DNA from: a virus
Lineage: Duplodnaviria > Caudoviricetes
Strand: one strand, 5' to 3'
DNA length: 28,507 bases
IMG/VR virus record: IMGVR_UViG_3300025736_000137
Coordinates: 1 to 28,507 of that record
Positions within the stretch are counted from its first letter, which is position 1. Each line of letters begins with the position of its first letter. Under the pieces are notes generated by a model. It was not told the DNA's origin, searched no databases, and saw only the letters and a list, made by a program, of their open reading frames with translations. Made by a program: the position numbers and the translations under genes. Shown here one piece after another: positions 7,831 to 16,551 of this stretch.

Positions 7831-8178
7831 GTGTCTAAAAAACAATACTCGTATTTGCGGGTACATGCTGTGCATCACTATGTAATTGATGGTTACCATT
7901 CTGAAGAAGATTTGAAACGAATCGCTGGTGAATGGTTTATGAATTACCCATACGATGCTAGCCATGCCGCAAGAGATGGGTCAAGATTGGGCGGAGCCTC
8001 ATTTGCATATAGTGTAGAAGAAGTTACCCCAGAACAATTAAAAGAGTTAATGGACAAACATGAAAATGGTCAGACTAATCTGGAATACGATGACATGCCT
8101 GATTATTACAAAAATGGAGTAGGTATATGGGAACACGAGGATCGCTCGGATTCATTAGAAATGGACAACACAAAGTAA
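7831..8178 (+). CDS. hypothetical protein
   Basis: AAGGAG RBS, GTG start. Confidence 0.7.
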   Translation: MSKKQYSYLRVHAVHHYVIDGYHSEEDLKRIAGEWFMNYPYDASHAARDGSRLGGASFAYSVEEVTPEQLKELMDKHENGQTNLEYDDMPDYYKNGVGIWEHEDRSDSLEMDNTK

Positions 8179-8732
8179 CATATAATCATTTCGATTCTTA
8201 TCCAAGTGAATTGGGTAAAAATGTTATTGAATATTTGGAGAATAGAAACCGAGATTCGGCTCTATTGAATGCAGATTTCGACGCCATTCAAATGGTGGAT
8301 GAAAATGATAAACCCACAACAGTTCAAAAGCAGTTATGCAAGGACGCTGGGTGGTATGATGGGAATGTGGCAACTCAATCTGATGAAGATTGGTATTGTT
8401 TACTGAGAAAAGCACAAGGTCTTTTAGGAGCGTATTCTGAAGTCGGTTTTATGGCAGAAGGTAGGTCGTTTTTAGAAGATTCGTTATTTTGTGAATATGC
8501 ATATATTGTAAATTTGGATACTAGCCAATTGGAATTCTATGTGGGATTTGAAAAGGGTGAGTTGAATGGCAGGTATGCGGATGTTAAAAGAACGGAACAA
8601 GGTTATGGTGGGGTAAACCTGATTGGGGAATTTCCACTAAAGACAGTAGAATTATTTGATATTGAACAAGCAGAACAATCCAATACGAACGGTGTCAATA
8701 TGGCACTTCCGATTTTGGAAATGGAGGATTAA
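8127..8732 (+). CDS. conserved phage hypothetical protein
   Basis: MGTRG...YNHFDSYP..LG...EYAYIVNLD pattern of a common phage family. Confidence 0.75.
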   Translation: MGTRGSLGFIRNGQHKVTYNHFDSYPSELGKNVIEYLENRNRDSALLNADFDAIQMVDENDKPTTVQKQLCKDAGWYDGNVATQSDEDWYCLLRKAQGLLGAYSEVGFMAEGRSFLEDSLFCEYAYIVNLDTSQLEFYVGFEKGELNGRYADVKRTEQGYGGVNLIGEFPLKTVELFDIEQAEQSNTNGVNMALPILEMED

Positions 8733-9335
8733 ATGGGAAACGAGACAAATCAGCTTATCCCGATGGTGGTTGAGCAGAATGGTAGAAATGAACGATCTTA
8801 TGATATTTACAGTCGGCTCTTAAAAGACCGAATTATTTTTATGAGTACACCGATTGATGACAATGTTGCATCATTGGTAATTGCTCAATTGCTTTTTCTG
8901 ACATCAGAAGATAGTGAAAAAGATATCAACATCTATATAAACAGCCCCGGTGGAATTATTACATCTGGTATGGCCATTATGGATACGATGAATTTCATCA
9001 AGCCTGATGTATCCACAATTGTTGTTGGGCAAGCGTATAGCATGGGAGCTTTCCTATTAGCGGCTGGAGAAAAGGGTAAACGGTTTGCATTACCAAATTC
9101 CAAAGTCATGATTCACCAACCAAGCGGTGGAACATACGGACAAGCTTCAGATATGATTATCGCGGCTGAGGAAATTATGAAAACCAAAAAGAAAATGAAT
9201 CAGATGCTCGCCAAATTTTGTGGTCAAAGACTAAATAAGGTTGAAAAAGACGCGGATCGTAATTTTTTCATGTCGGCTGAAGAAGCCTTAGAATATGGAA
9301 TAATTGATTCAATCATCGGTGGGAAATCCAAATAA
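8733..9335 (+). CDS. clpP: ATP-dependent Clp protease proteolytic subunit
   Basis: [25 protein letters not shown] (Ser), MIHQP (His); the third triad position is Asn (DRNFFMS). Confidence 0.95.
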   Translation: MGNETNQLIPMVVEQNGRNERSYDIYSRLLKDRIIFMSTPIDDNVASLVIAQLLFLTSEDSEKDINIYINSPGGIITSGMAIMDTMNFIKPDVSTIVVGQAYSMGAFLLAAGEKGKRFALPNSKVMIHQPSGGTYGQASDMIIAAEEIMKTKKKMNQMLAKFCGQRLNKVEKDADRNFFMSAEEALEYGIIDSIIGGKSK

Positions 9336-9348
9336 GGGTATAACCCCA

Positions 9349-9419
9349 GGGCTTGTAGCTTAGTGGCAGAGCAGGGGACTCATAATCCTCCGACGGGAGT
9401 TCGATTCTCCACGGGCCCA
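9349..9419 (+). tRNA. tRNA-CAT (probably Ile2/lysidine type; Met possible)
   Basis: GGGCTTG/CGGGCCC, GGGGA-CTCATAA-TCCTC; paired 1-72, so not fMet. Confidence 0.85.
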
Positions 9420-9435
9420 CAATAAAGGAAAAATT

Positions 9436-9828
9436 ATGACAATGAATGTTTTTATACTAGAAGATGATATGAATAGAATGGAATGGTTCCATAACAATAT
9501 GTCAAGATTGTTGGACTCATACGATTACAATATTATTGCTGCAGAAGATGTGGCCACCGCCAAGAAATTATTTGAAGTGTGGAATGGAGAATTCGGAATG
9601 TATTTTCTAGACCATGATCTGGGTGGTGAACAGATGGTAAGTATTCAGGAACCAAATACTGGTTCTGAATTTGCAAAGTGGTTGGTTGAACAGGGTGTCA
9701 AGGGTAATAAAGAGACAATATATGTCCACTCCCTTAATCCTGCAGGGGCTATAAATATTATGGCCAATTTTGACAAATCAATTCGAGCGCCGTTTACTTG
9801 GTTGGTAACGGGCTTGGATAAGTTATAA
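9436..9828 (+). CDS. cyclic-phosphate-processing receiver-domain protein
   Basis: FILEDD..R, LDHDLG, TG.EFAKWL, VHSLNPAG motifs. Confidence 0.75.
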   Translation: MTMNVFILEDDMNRMEWFHNNMSRLLDSYDYNIIAAEDVATAKKLFEVWNGEFGMYFLDHDLGGEQMVSIQEPNTGSEFAKWLVEQGVKGNKETIYVHSLNPAGAINIMANFDKSIRAPFTWLVTGLDKL

Positions 9829-9853
9829 ACACATAAAACTCAAAGGAGAAAAA

Positions 9854-10684
9854 ATGAGAAAATTTATGTTGGTGTTGTTAATGTTCATGATGGTGTTTTC
9901 AGTAATGAACTGTAGTATTGATTCGGCGGATGCTGGTCAGGAATTGGTGATTATAAAGCAACCAATTTTCTTTGGCAGTGGTGGAGTTCATCCCGTATCA
10001 TTTCCAGCTGGGGATACACAATGGTACGCTTTAACGAGTTATGCTGAATTTTTTAATGTATATCCGCAGGAATACAAAGAGACTTTCACTGATCTTATTA
10101 CACAAGACAATAACCCAGTAGATTTCGATGTATATATTGAATTACAGATTCAAAAGGGTAAATCTGCAGAGCTTGTTGAAAATTTTGGAAAAGATTGGTA
10201 CAAGCAAAAAATAGCTAAAAAGGGTCGTGAATTCGTTCGTAATTTTGGTCGTGGGCAAACAATGTTTGATCTTACCACAAATGAAATTATAGCTCTTGAA
10301 ATGCAACAAGTTGCATTTGATGGTCTTGTAAATCATATAGCAACCGAAGGTGTGCCGATTGATGTCAACCGTGTATCAGTTGGTAAAGTAACACCACCAC
10401 AAGCTGTTATTGATGAAACTATTAAAACGGCCGCACAGAAACAACGATTTATGACTGAAGAAGCTGGGGCTCAAGCTGAGCTTGCTCGAGAAGATCGTGA
10501 AACAAATAAAGCTATTGCCGATAAAGCATACCGTGATGAATTTGGAATGTCAAACGCACAATATATTGAACTACGTGGTTTGGAAATTCAGAGAGAAATC
10601 GTCGAAATGGCTAAGGAAAAGGATAATGTTGACCTACTTATCAATGTAGGGAACAGAGAAATTCAACCGATGTACCAGAAATAA
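9854..10684 (+). CDS. SPFH/band-7 domain membrane (lipo)protein
   Basis: Signal peptide ending VMNC; TQDNNPVDFD; C-terminal Ala/Glu coiled coil. Confidence 0.75.
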   Translation: MRKFMLVLLMFMMVFSVMNCSIDSADAGQELVIIKQPIFFGSGGVHPVSFPAGDTQWYALTSYAEFFNVYPQEYKETFTDLITQDNNPVDFDVYIELQIQKGKSAELVENFGKDWYKQKIAKKGREFVRNFGRGQTMFDLTTNEIIALEMQQVAFDGLVNHIATEGVPIDVNRVSVGKVTPPQAVIDETIKTAAQKQRFMTEEAGAQAELAREDRETNKAIADKAYRDEFGMSNAQYIELRGLEIQREIVEMAKEKDNVDLLINVGNREIQPMYQK

Positions 10685-10713
10685 ACAACTAGTCCCCTTA
10701 AATGGGGACACAT

Positions 10714-10785
10714 GATCTCGTAGTACAATGGAAAGTGCGTGGGTTTCCTAAACCCGAAATGAAGGTTCGACTCCTTCCGAGATTA
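10714..10785 (+). tRNA. tRNA-Arg(CCT)
   Basis: GATCTCG/CGAGATT, TGGGT-TTCCTAA-ACCCG, GAAGG/CCTTC. Confidence 0.9.
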
Positions 10786-10842
10786 CACTGGAAATAAATA
10801 TTAAGACTATTTATGTCCACATTAACCAATAAAGGAGTTCCA

Positions 10843-11508
10843 ATGCGAACCGAAGATGTACCAATTAAAATACCAACAATGCTTATCATGACCGCCAAGA
10901 AATTTATTATCACAATAATATTGGTGGCTTTGATAGTAACCTCGTTATCACTGTTTACCTATCATGAAAAATGGGTGGAACCTGCTAATTGGGAAATGCA
11001 GAAACAAATAAATCATGGCAACTTAGAAACATTTAGAAATACGGTGGATTTGTTCGATGCACATCTGCTCATATTACAATTGGAAGAGAGGGTATCCGAA
11101 TTGGTAAAACCGACTTCATTTAGTGTTCGGATGACAAATTACTATCCAGTTGAAGAACAATGTGACGCTGACCCACTTACTACGGCCAGTATGAAAGTAA
11201 TTATCCCAGATGATGCTACGAATCATAGATGGATTGCAATTAGTTGGGATTTACACAAATGGCTCAGTACACAAATTCCAAAGGATGACCCAGCGTATGG
11301 AAAGGGTCAATTTGAAATGGGTGATTATGTTGAACTTACTGGGTATGGGAATTCGGTTGATGGAATTTATCAGATTACAGATACGATGAATTCACGACAT
11401 AGAATGGCAATTGACCGCCTTACAAATGTGAATTCGCCACTTGAATTTGCAGAGAATGTTACAATCACAAAAGTATTCATTCCAGAATTACATCCAATTG
11501 ATGCATAA
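10843..11508 (+). CDS. membrane-anchored 3D/RlpA-like cell-wall enzyme
   Basis: N-terminal TM; TNYYP..QCDADPLTTAS, RWIAISWDL, GD.V.L.G, DTMNSR..ID; AAGGAG RBS at 10832. Confidence 0.65.
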   Translation: MRTEDVPIKIPTMLIMTAKKFIITIILVALIVTSLSLFTYHEKWVEPANWEMQKQINHGNLETFRNTVDLFDAHLLILQLEERVSELVKPTSFSVRMTNYYPVEEQCDADPLTTASMKVIIPDDATNHRWIAISWDLHKWLSTQIPKDDPAYGKGQFEMGDYVELTGYGNSVDGIYQITDTMNSRHRMAIDRLTNVNSPLEFAENVTITKVFIPELHPIDA

Positions 11509-11548
11509 ATAATTGTATTTGGATACACTAATAACTATTTATTAACAA

Positions 11549-11631
11549 GGAAGTATCGACATAGGCACGTCAAGCACCCTGCTAAGGTGTGGCTCGGAAA
11601 CGGGTTCTAGGTTCGATTCCTAGTACTTCCG
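11549..11631 (+). tRNA. tRNA-Ser(GCT)
   Basis: GGAAGTA/TACTTCC, G73, GCACC-CTGCTAA-GGTGT, long variable arm. Confidence 0.9.
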
Positions 11632-11671
11632 CATTATTATACCCAATTAAACTAAAAAAAGGGGTTACAAA

Positions 11672-12148
11672 ATGACACAATGGCAAAGATTCACACACGA
11701 AGAAATCGAAGACTTGGAAAAGACTATGATGATTGATATCGCGAATGCACCAACAAAGGAATTGACTTGGTACATTGGAAGTGACAGCCAAGTAAAACAT
11801 GGTAAAATCAAGTACATTACCGCTATCGTTATACTGTTTGACGGTAAGGGTGGACGGGGTTACTACAAGGAAGTCACGGAAAAATTGAGTTACAAGATTT
11901 CCATTAGACAAAAGATTTTCCAGGAAACGCACATGTCAGTGGAAACTGCAATTTGGTTAAATCCAATATTGGAGAAGATGAATTACTGTGTAGAGGCTAT
12001 TCACGCTGATGTAAGTGACGACCCAATCAATGCAAGTAACGCTGTAATGAATGAGTGTCTTGGGTACATTAGAGGTTCTGGTTTCGCAGCAGTTGGAAAA
12101 CCCGACTCCTGGGCAGCCATGGAAATTGCTGACCGCTTCAGTAAATAG
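11672..12148 (+). CDS. RNase H-like YkuK/DUF458 protein
   Basis: YIGSDSQ, GKGG, IHADV, KPDSWAA..IAD motifs. Confidence 0.85.
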   Translation: MTQWQRFTHEEIEDLEKTMMIDIANAPTKELTWYIGSDSQVKHGKIKYITAIVILFDGKGGRGYYKEVTEKLSYKISIRQKIFQETHMSVETAIWLNPILEKMNYCVEAIHADVSDDPINASNAVMNECLGYIRGSGFAAVGKPDSWAAMEIADRFSK

Positions 12149-12185
12149 GTTGCTAAAGTAATAGCGTGTTTTCCCCATCTCGATG

Positions 12186-12193
12186 ATACTTAT
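12186..12193 (+). promoter_or_regulatory. MTAYTTAT motif (candidate late promoter)
   Basis: ATACTTAT just upstream of the GAAGGAG RBS of the GIY-YIG gene. Confidence 0.45.
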
Positions 12194-12210
12194 TATTGAA
12201 GGAGAAAACA

Positions 12211-12906
12211 ATGATTATATACAAAACTACAAACGCCTTAAACGGCAAATTCTACATAGGGAAATCTAAATATGATAACCCCGACTATATTGGTTCGGGG
12301 TCCATATTGAAAAAAGCAATACAAAAATACGGCAAGGAAAATTTTGTCAAGGAAGTTATAGAACGATGTGAGGATGAAACACAATTGAATATCAGGGAAA
12401 TATATTGAATTAAAAAAACTGATGCCATTAATATTGGGTATAATTTATATCCGGGTGGTGAAGGTGGATGCACACCTGAAGCTTCCAAGAAAATAGTTGA
12501 GGCGAGGCATAACAACGGGCAACCATGGCATTCAGCTGAACGCAATCGAAAAGTTTCTATCGCTTTAACTGGTCATAAACAAACGGCCGAAACTAGGAAA
12601 AAGAATAGTGATTCTCACATAGGACAAAAACCGTGAAACGAAGGTTTAACCAATGATGATCCGAGAATCCTAGCTGGTGCAGAGAAACAAAAGGTTACAA
12701 AAAAGAAAAAATTTGCAAGTGGGGAATTGACAAATACTTGGAATAAGGGTAAAACCATTCAAGAACATTTCCAATTAGAATGTCCAGTTTGTGGGCAGGA
12801 ATATGAAATTTATACATACCCATTATGATACAAAAATGGTAGGTATAAGAAAACTTGTTCAAAGCCATGTGCGGATAAAATGATGTGGGAAAGTAGAAGG
12901 AAATAA
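12211..12906 (+). CDS. GIY-YIG homing endonuclease with NUMOD-type repeats and Zn finger; 3 in-frame TGA read as Trp
   Basis: IIYKTTN..NGKFYIGK; TGA at 12406, 12634 and 12826 in EIY*I, KP*NEG, YPL*Y. The frame runs to TAA 12906, abutting ATG 12907. Confidence 0.85.
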
Positions 12907-13089
12907 ATGGAAAATAAAGACGTGACAAAATTTCTCAAATATATTGAGGCTGAATGTTTCTTCGTTAAATTGTGGGAAGAGGAAAATCGGACATTTCATA
13001 TTGATTGTACTTGCCGATATTGTAAGGCTACTGAAGCGTGGATGACGCTTTCATGGTGGAGAAAATTTAAAGCAAAATTGGAGTTATAA
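12907..13089 (+). CDS. hypothetical protein
   Basis: 60 aa, CxCxxC. Confidence 0.6.
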   Translation: MENKDVTKFLKYIEAECFFVKLWEEENRTFHIDCTCRYCKATEAWMTLSWWRKFKAKLEL

Positions 13090-13094
13090 AATTT

Positions 13095-13574
13095 ATGACG
13101 AATAAAATGAAATTATACATCGCGGGTCCCATTACAGGTGGAACATTTGAAGATGTAGAAAAAAAGTGGGCCGGCACTATAAAACGGTTAAAAAAACACT
13201 ATACTATACTATCACCATTATTTGGCAAATCCAAATATATTCGACCGGAAATGCAGTGTGAAGCTTCAGAAGGTCAAGGGATGAAATATCTGTCCCCAAT
13301 CACTACTGATAGGGCAATTGTAGGTCGTGATCACTGGATGGTGGAACAATCTGATATTGTATTTGTGGATTTGGTGGGTTCCAAGATAGTATCAATTGGA
13401 TCGGTATGTGAAATTACCGCTGCATATTTGCACAATAAACACGTTGTGGTAGCTATGGAACAGGGCAATATCCATAGACACGCGTTTGTCTTAATGGAAT
13501 CTGATATTGTATTCCCAAATAGAGAAGACGCGTTGGATTACATTGAAGAATTAGGGAAAAGTTTTAGAGGTTAA
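13095..13574 (+). CDS. nucleoside 2-deoxyribosyltransferase-like protein
   Basis: YIAGP, RD..MV..SD.V.V, SIGS..E..AAY..NK.V pattern. Confidence 0.75.
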   Translation: MTNKMKLYIAGPITGGTFEDVEKKWAGTIKRLKKHYTILSPLFGKSKYIRPEMQCEASEGQGMKYLSPITTDRAIVGRDHWMVEQSDIVFVDLVGSKIVSIGSVCEITAAYLHNKHVVVAMEQGNIHRHAFVLMESDIVFPNREDALDYIEELGKSFRG

Positions 13575-13575
13575 T

Positions 13576-13746
13576 ATGACAAATAAAAAATTAATAGGTT
13601 GGATCATGATTGGAACTTTCGTGGCATTATTATTCGGGGGAGCTGTATTGGTCATGGGATTGCTTAATGCATTAATCCTATGGGGATCGGCGGGAACGTT
13701 GGCTTTCCTTTTCATTTATGGTATAAAATTGATATATGAGAATTAA
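13576..13746 (+). CDS. small two-TM membrane protein (not in track)
   Basis: GAGG RBS; MTNKKLIGWIMIGTFVALLFGG..., 56 aa hydrophobic. Confidence 0.65.
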   Translation: MTNKKLIGWIMIGTFVALLFGGAVLVMGLLNALILWGSAGTLAFLFIYGIKLIYEN

Positions 13747-13749
13747 AAG

Positions 13750-14121
13750 ATGGCAACAAAGGTTACAAAAAAGGTTATTAAAGACATATTCAACTGATGT
13801 TTAACTGAATATGGAATCAGTGAATATCAAGGGTGAGAACCCCACCTAATAATTGACAATACAAAGGATTACCCAAGCAATGGGGAATTTTACTCGGATG
13901 ATAATGATATCTATATATACCCAAAATCAGGTGGAATGGATATCCAAAGGACTATATTTGTGATGATTCACGAATTTAAGCATTATCACCAATCACCAAC
14001 TTGATTGACTCGGTATATCACTATGTACAACAATAATCCCGAATGTCCGTATGAAATAGAGGCGGATGCCCTCGCGGAGAGGGATTGAATGAAATGTTAT
14101 AGGGATTTATTTATAAAATAA
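13750..14121 (+). CDS. HExxH zinc-metallopeptidase-like protein; 4 in-frame TGA read as Trp (missed by track)
   Basis: MATKVTKK...IFN*CL...QG*EP...IHEFKHYHQSPT*LTRY...PYEIEA...RD*MKC; exactly fills the gap. Confidence 0.8.
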
Positions 14122-14133
14122 AGGAACTAGGTT

Positions 14134-14277
14134 ATGGATTTACATGAATTAAGGCTCAATTTTGTTACGTGGTCACCACTATGGGTGATTCCAACGGCAT
14201 TTATTTATTGGCCAACCGGAGTGGCACTACTGGTATTACAGCTCGGTGTGATGTTTTGGGATTTAAAAGTGAATTAA
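14134..14277 (+). CDS. small hydrophobic protein (not in track)
   Basis: 47 aa with a hydrophobic C-terminal half. Confidence 0.55.
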   Translation: MDLHELRLNFVTWSPLWVIPTAFIYWPTGVALLVLQLGVMFWDLKVN

Positions 14278-14282
14278 AAATA

Positions 14283-14333
14283 AAGAAAACGCTTGACTTT
14301 GTCAGTATAATCTTGTATCTTCAAGTATGAAAA
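14283..14333 (+). repeat. 51-bp direct repeat copy 1, containing sigma70-type promoter 3
   Basis: Identical to 15077-15127; TTGACT 14293, TATCTT 14316. Confidence 0.9.
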
Positions 14334-14716
14334 GAGAGGAAAATGTTTTGAAAGTTTGGAAAAAAGAGGAAATTAAAGTATTATTGGAAACCCGGAAGGA
14401 CGCTGTCATTCGGGGTTTGTTGGTTATATACGATAGGCAAACCGAAGATGAGAAAAATTCGGAGATTACCACTCATGCGAATGGGATTGGGTACTCTGGA
14501 GCTCACGCTGAAATTATGACTTCATTCGCGAAGTTCTACAAACAACACAAATTCCTATCTCCCAAGCAGACCAATATCGCTCGGAAGATTATTGTCAAAT
14601 ACGCTAGACAGTTGGCCGATGAAGCTAACGCTAATGAGGAAAAAAAGTGGAAAATATCTAATGGGGAAATTTCAACACCGTCAGCATTGATTGCCATTTG
14701 TGATGAGGACAGATGA
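14327..14716 (+). CDS. conserved phage hypothetical protein
   Basis: IYDRQTEDEK...NGIGYS...LSPKQ...KYARQL; TGA stop in an ATGA overlap. Confidence 0.75.
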   Translation: MKREENVLKVWKKEEIKVLLETRKDAVIRGLLVIYDRQTEDEKNSEITTHANGIGYSGAHAEIMTSFAKFYKQHKFLSPKQTNIARKIIVKYARQLADEANANEEKKWKISNGEISTPSALIAICDEDR

Positions 14717-15090
14717 GTAATAGAATTGATATCCATGGCCATTTGACCACATTCGGGGAAATTTTAAATGAAAAAAGCACATTCAATGAATGGTGGCGTG
14801 GGAATTTTTGTGAAGGATTGTCATGCGTGGGATGTATATATGCTAAGGGAATGTGCCCCGACAAATTTGGGAATATTTTCGAACTCGAGGAAGATAATCA
14901 TCTAGATTCACGAAATGATGAAATCCGAGAGGTAATGGAATGGTTGACAAGTGATCACAAAGCTAAAGAGGAAATCCCTGTTGTTCCCGCGGAGCCAACG
15001 CTCACACTTGAAGAAAAAGTTGACAATCTCACTGCAATGGTGTTGGAAATAAAAGAAGTTTTATGCATAGTCGAGCAAGAAAACGCTTGA
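14713..15090 (+). CDS. hypothetical protein with Cys cluster
   Basis: FCEGLSCVGCIYAKGMC; the TGA stop lies within the -35 of promoter 4. Confidence 0.7.
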   Translation: MSNRIDIHGHLTTFGEILNEKSTFNEWWRGNFCEGLSCVGCIYAKGMCPDKFGNIFELEEDNHLDSRNDEIREVMEWLTSDHKAKEEIPVVPAEPTLTLEEKVDNLTAMVLEIKEVLCIVEQENA

Positions 15091-15127
15091 CTTTGTCAGT
15101 ATAATCTTGTATCTTCAAGTATGAAAA
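15077..15127 (+). repeat. 51-bp direct repeat copy 2, containing sigma70-type promoter 4
   Basis: Identical to 14283-14333; TTGACT 15087, TATCTT 15110. Confidence 0.9.
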
Positions 15128-15474
15128 AGGATAAGACATTGAAAATTAAAAGTTTATACAAACCTATTATCGCCACATTGGGTGGAAAACGATATGTATG
15201 TGGCAATAAATTGGTAGAAATTGAACCACATATCACAATGGAAAATATAGAATGGGAACGCCAGTATCCAATCGGTTTTAGATTGAATGATACTTATGTC
15301 TCCAGAACTTTGGCAATGGTTTCAGGCGGCAATGTCGTTGCAACCATCATCGGTTCCAAAGGTGACACATACAAAATTAAAGAAAATAACGGAAAATATA
15401 ATTGTAATTGTAAGGGGTACACATTTAATTCTAAGTGTAAACACCTTACTAATTTCGTCTCTGAAAGGGAATAA
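15121..15474 (+). CDS. SWIM zinc-finger protein
   Basis: GSKGDTY...CNCKGY...CKH; alternative start TTG 15139. Confidence 0.75.
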   Translation: MKKDKTLKIKSLYKPIIATLGGKRYVCGNKLVEIEPHITMENIEWERQYPIGFRLNDTYVSRTLAMVSGGNVVATIIGSKGDTYKIKENNGKYNCNCKGYTFNSKCKHLTNFVSERE

Positions 15475-15475
15475 A

Positions 15476-16183
15476 ATGGCTCGTAAAAAATTAGCAAAAA
15501 GAACTGCATCAAAATCAAAGGGGAAAACTTTCGATACCAGTTCACAGGCATTCAAATGGGTGGTATGTACTATTGATGGTTGCATCGAAGAAGTTAAGAT
15601 CGACTTCGCGAGCATTAGTGCAATTTGTTACAAACATACAATGGGTAGGGTTCCATTTATCGAACCTGCATCACGTAAAAAGAAATCCACTGGTCGCCCA
15701 CGCGGTTGGCAGTTTATGAATGAATTTGTCGATAGTGACAAAACAGTATTTCATCGGGGTGTAGAACAACCCGAATTAAAGGGTACACTTCCTGTATCAG
15801 ATGTCGTTAAAATCAAAGCCGATCAGAAGCAGTCTGCTAAGGAAAAGAAAGCCCGTAAGACAGATCGGTTAATCAAACGGCACGAAAAGGCTCAAGAGGC
15901 CCGAAGAAAAGATGCCGGTAAGGCAAAACCTGGTCGCCCTAAGACTAAGAAAAAAGCAGTCAAAAAGACTGTTAAAGTCCAGACCAAATTTGGGGATTTG
16001 AAAATTCCATACAAATTAAAAAACAAAAAGTATTTTGTCGCCAGTGATAATAATCGGGCGTGGGGTAAATTTGATACCATGGCTGAAGCCCGAAAAGCTA
16101 AGACTAAGTTCAATCGTGAACATGGTAAGGACAATGTCAAGGGCATTGTATTGGTATCCAAAGACGGTAGGGCTTGGAAATAA
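15476..16183 (+). CDS. very basic putative DNA-binding protein with AT-hook-like GRP motifs
   Basis: Lys-rich; TGRPRG and KPGRPK; start at ATG 15476. Confidence 0.65.
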   Translation: MARKKLAKRTASKSKGKTFDTSSQAFKWVVCTIDGCIEEVKIDFASISAICYKHTMGRVPFIEPASRKKKSTGRPRGWQFMNEFVDSDKTVFHRGVEQPELKGTLPVSDVVKIKADQKQSAKEKKARKTDRLIKRHEKAQEARRKDAGKAKPGRPKTKKKAVKKTVKVQTKFGDLKIPYKLKNKKYFVASDNNRAWGKFDTMAEARKAKTKFNREHGKDNVKGIVLVSKDGRAWK

Positions 16184-16551
16184 TGAAAACTAACATGATT
16201 TTAGAACTTTGGGATGAGAATACTGGGGTGGCACGCAGGTGGAATTCCGATATCAATGATGTTCAATTTAATGAATTGTGGGATAAATATCAAGATGATT
16301 GGAACAAGCTTGAATCTCAAAATGGAACTATGTATTTTAGTGGTTCCCTTGACAATTTCGATGAAAATGACGTTTGGGTTATGGGTTGGAGCTCCAGTGA
16401 AGTTTCCGAATTTGGGAGCTGGGACACCGTTCAAACTGAAATTTTAAGATGGCTTGATGAATCCGGATATTCCTATGAAAGAATTGAAGATCATCAATAT
16501 GAATTGGAAGATGAAGATGAAGAAGAAATAAATGTGAGATTGGACTTCTAA
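16183..16551 (+). CDS. acidic hypothetical protein
   Basis: TAATG overlaps on both sides. Confidence 0.7.
   Translation: MKTNMILELWDENTGVARRWNSDINDVQFNELWDKYQDDWNKLESQNGTMYFSGSLDNFDENDVWVMGWSSSEVSEFGSWDTVQTEILRWLDESGYSYERIEDHQYELEDEDEEEINVRLDF

Noticed and set aside
3206-11631. Opal suppressor tRNA (TCA) or release factor
   Set aside because: None of the 11 anticodons is TCA and no RF gene is present in this window.
12211-14121. TGA-containing genes as pseudogenes
   Set aside because: Interruptions are only TGA, with no TAA/TAG or frameshifts, and the ORFs abut their neighbours.
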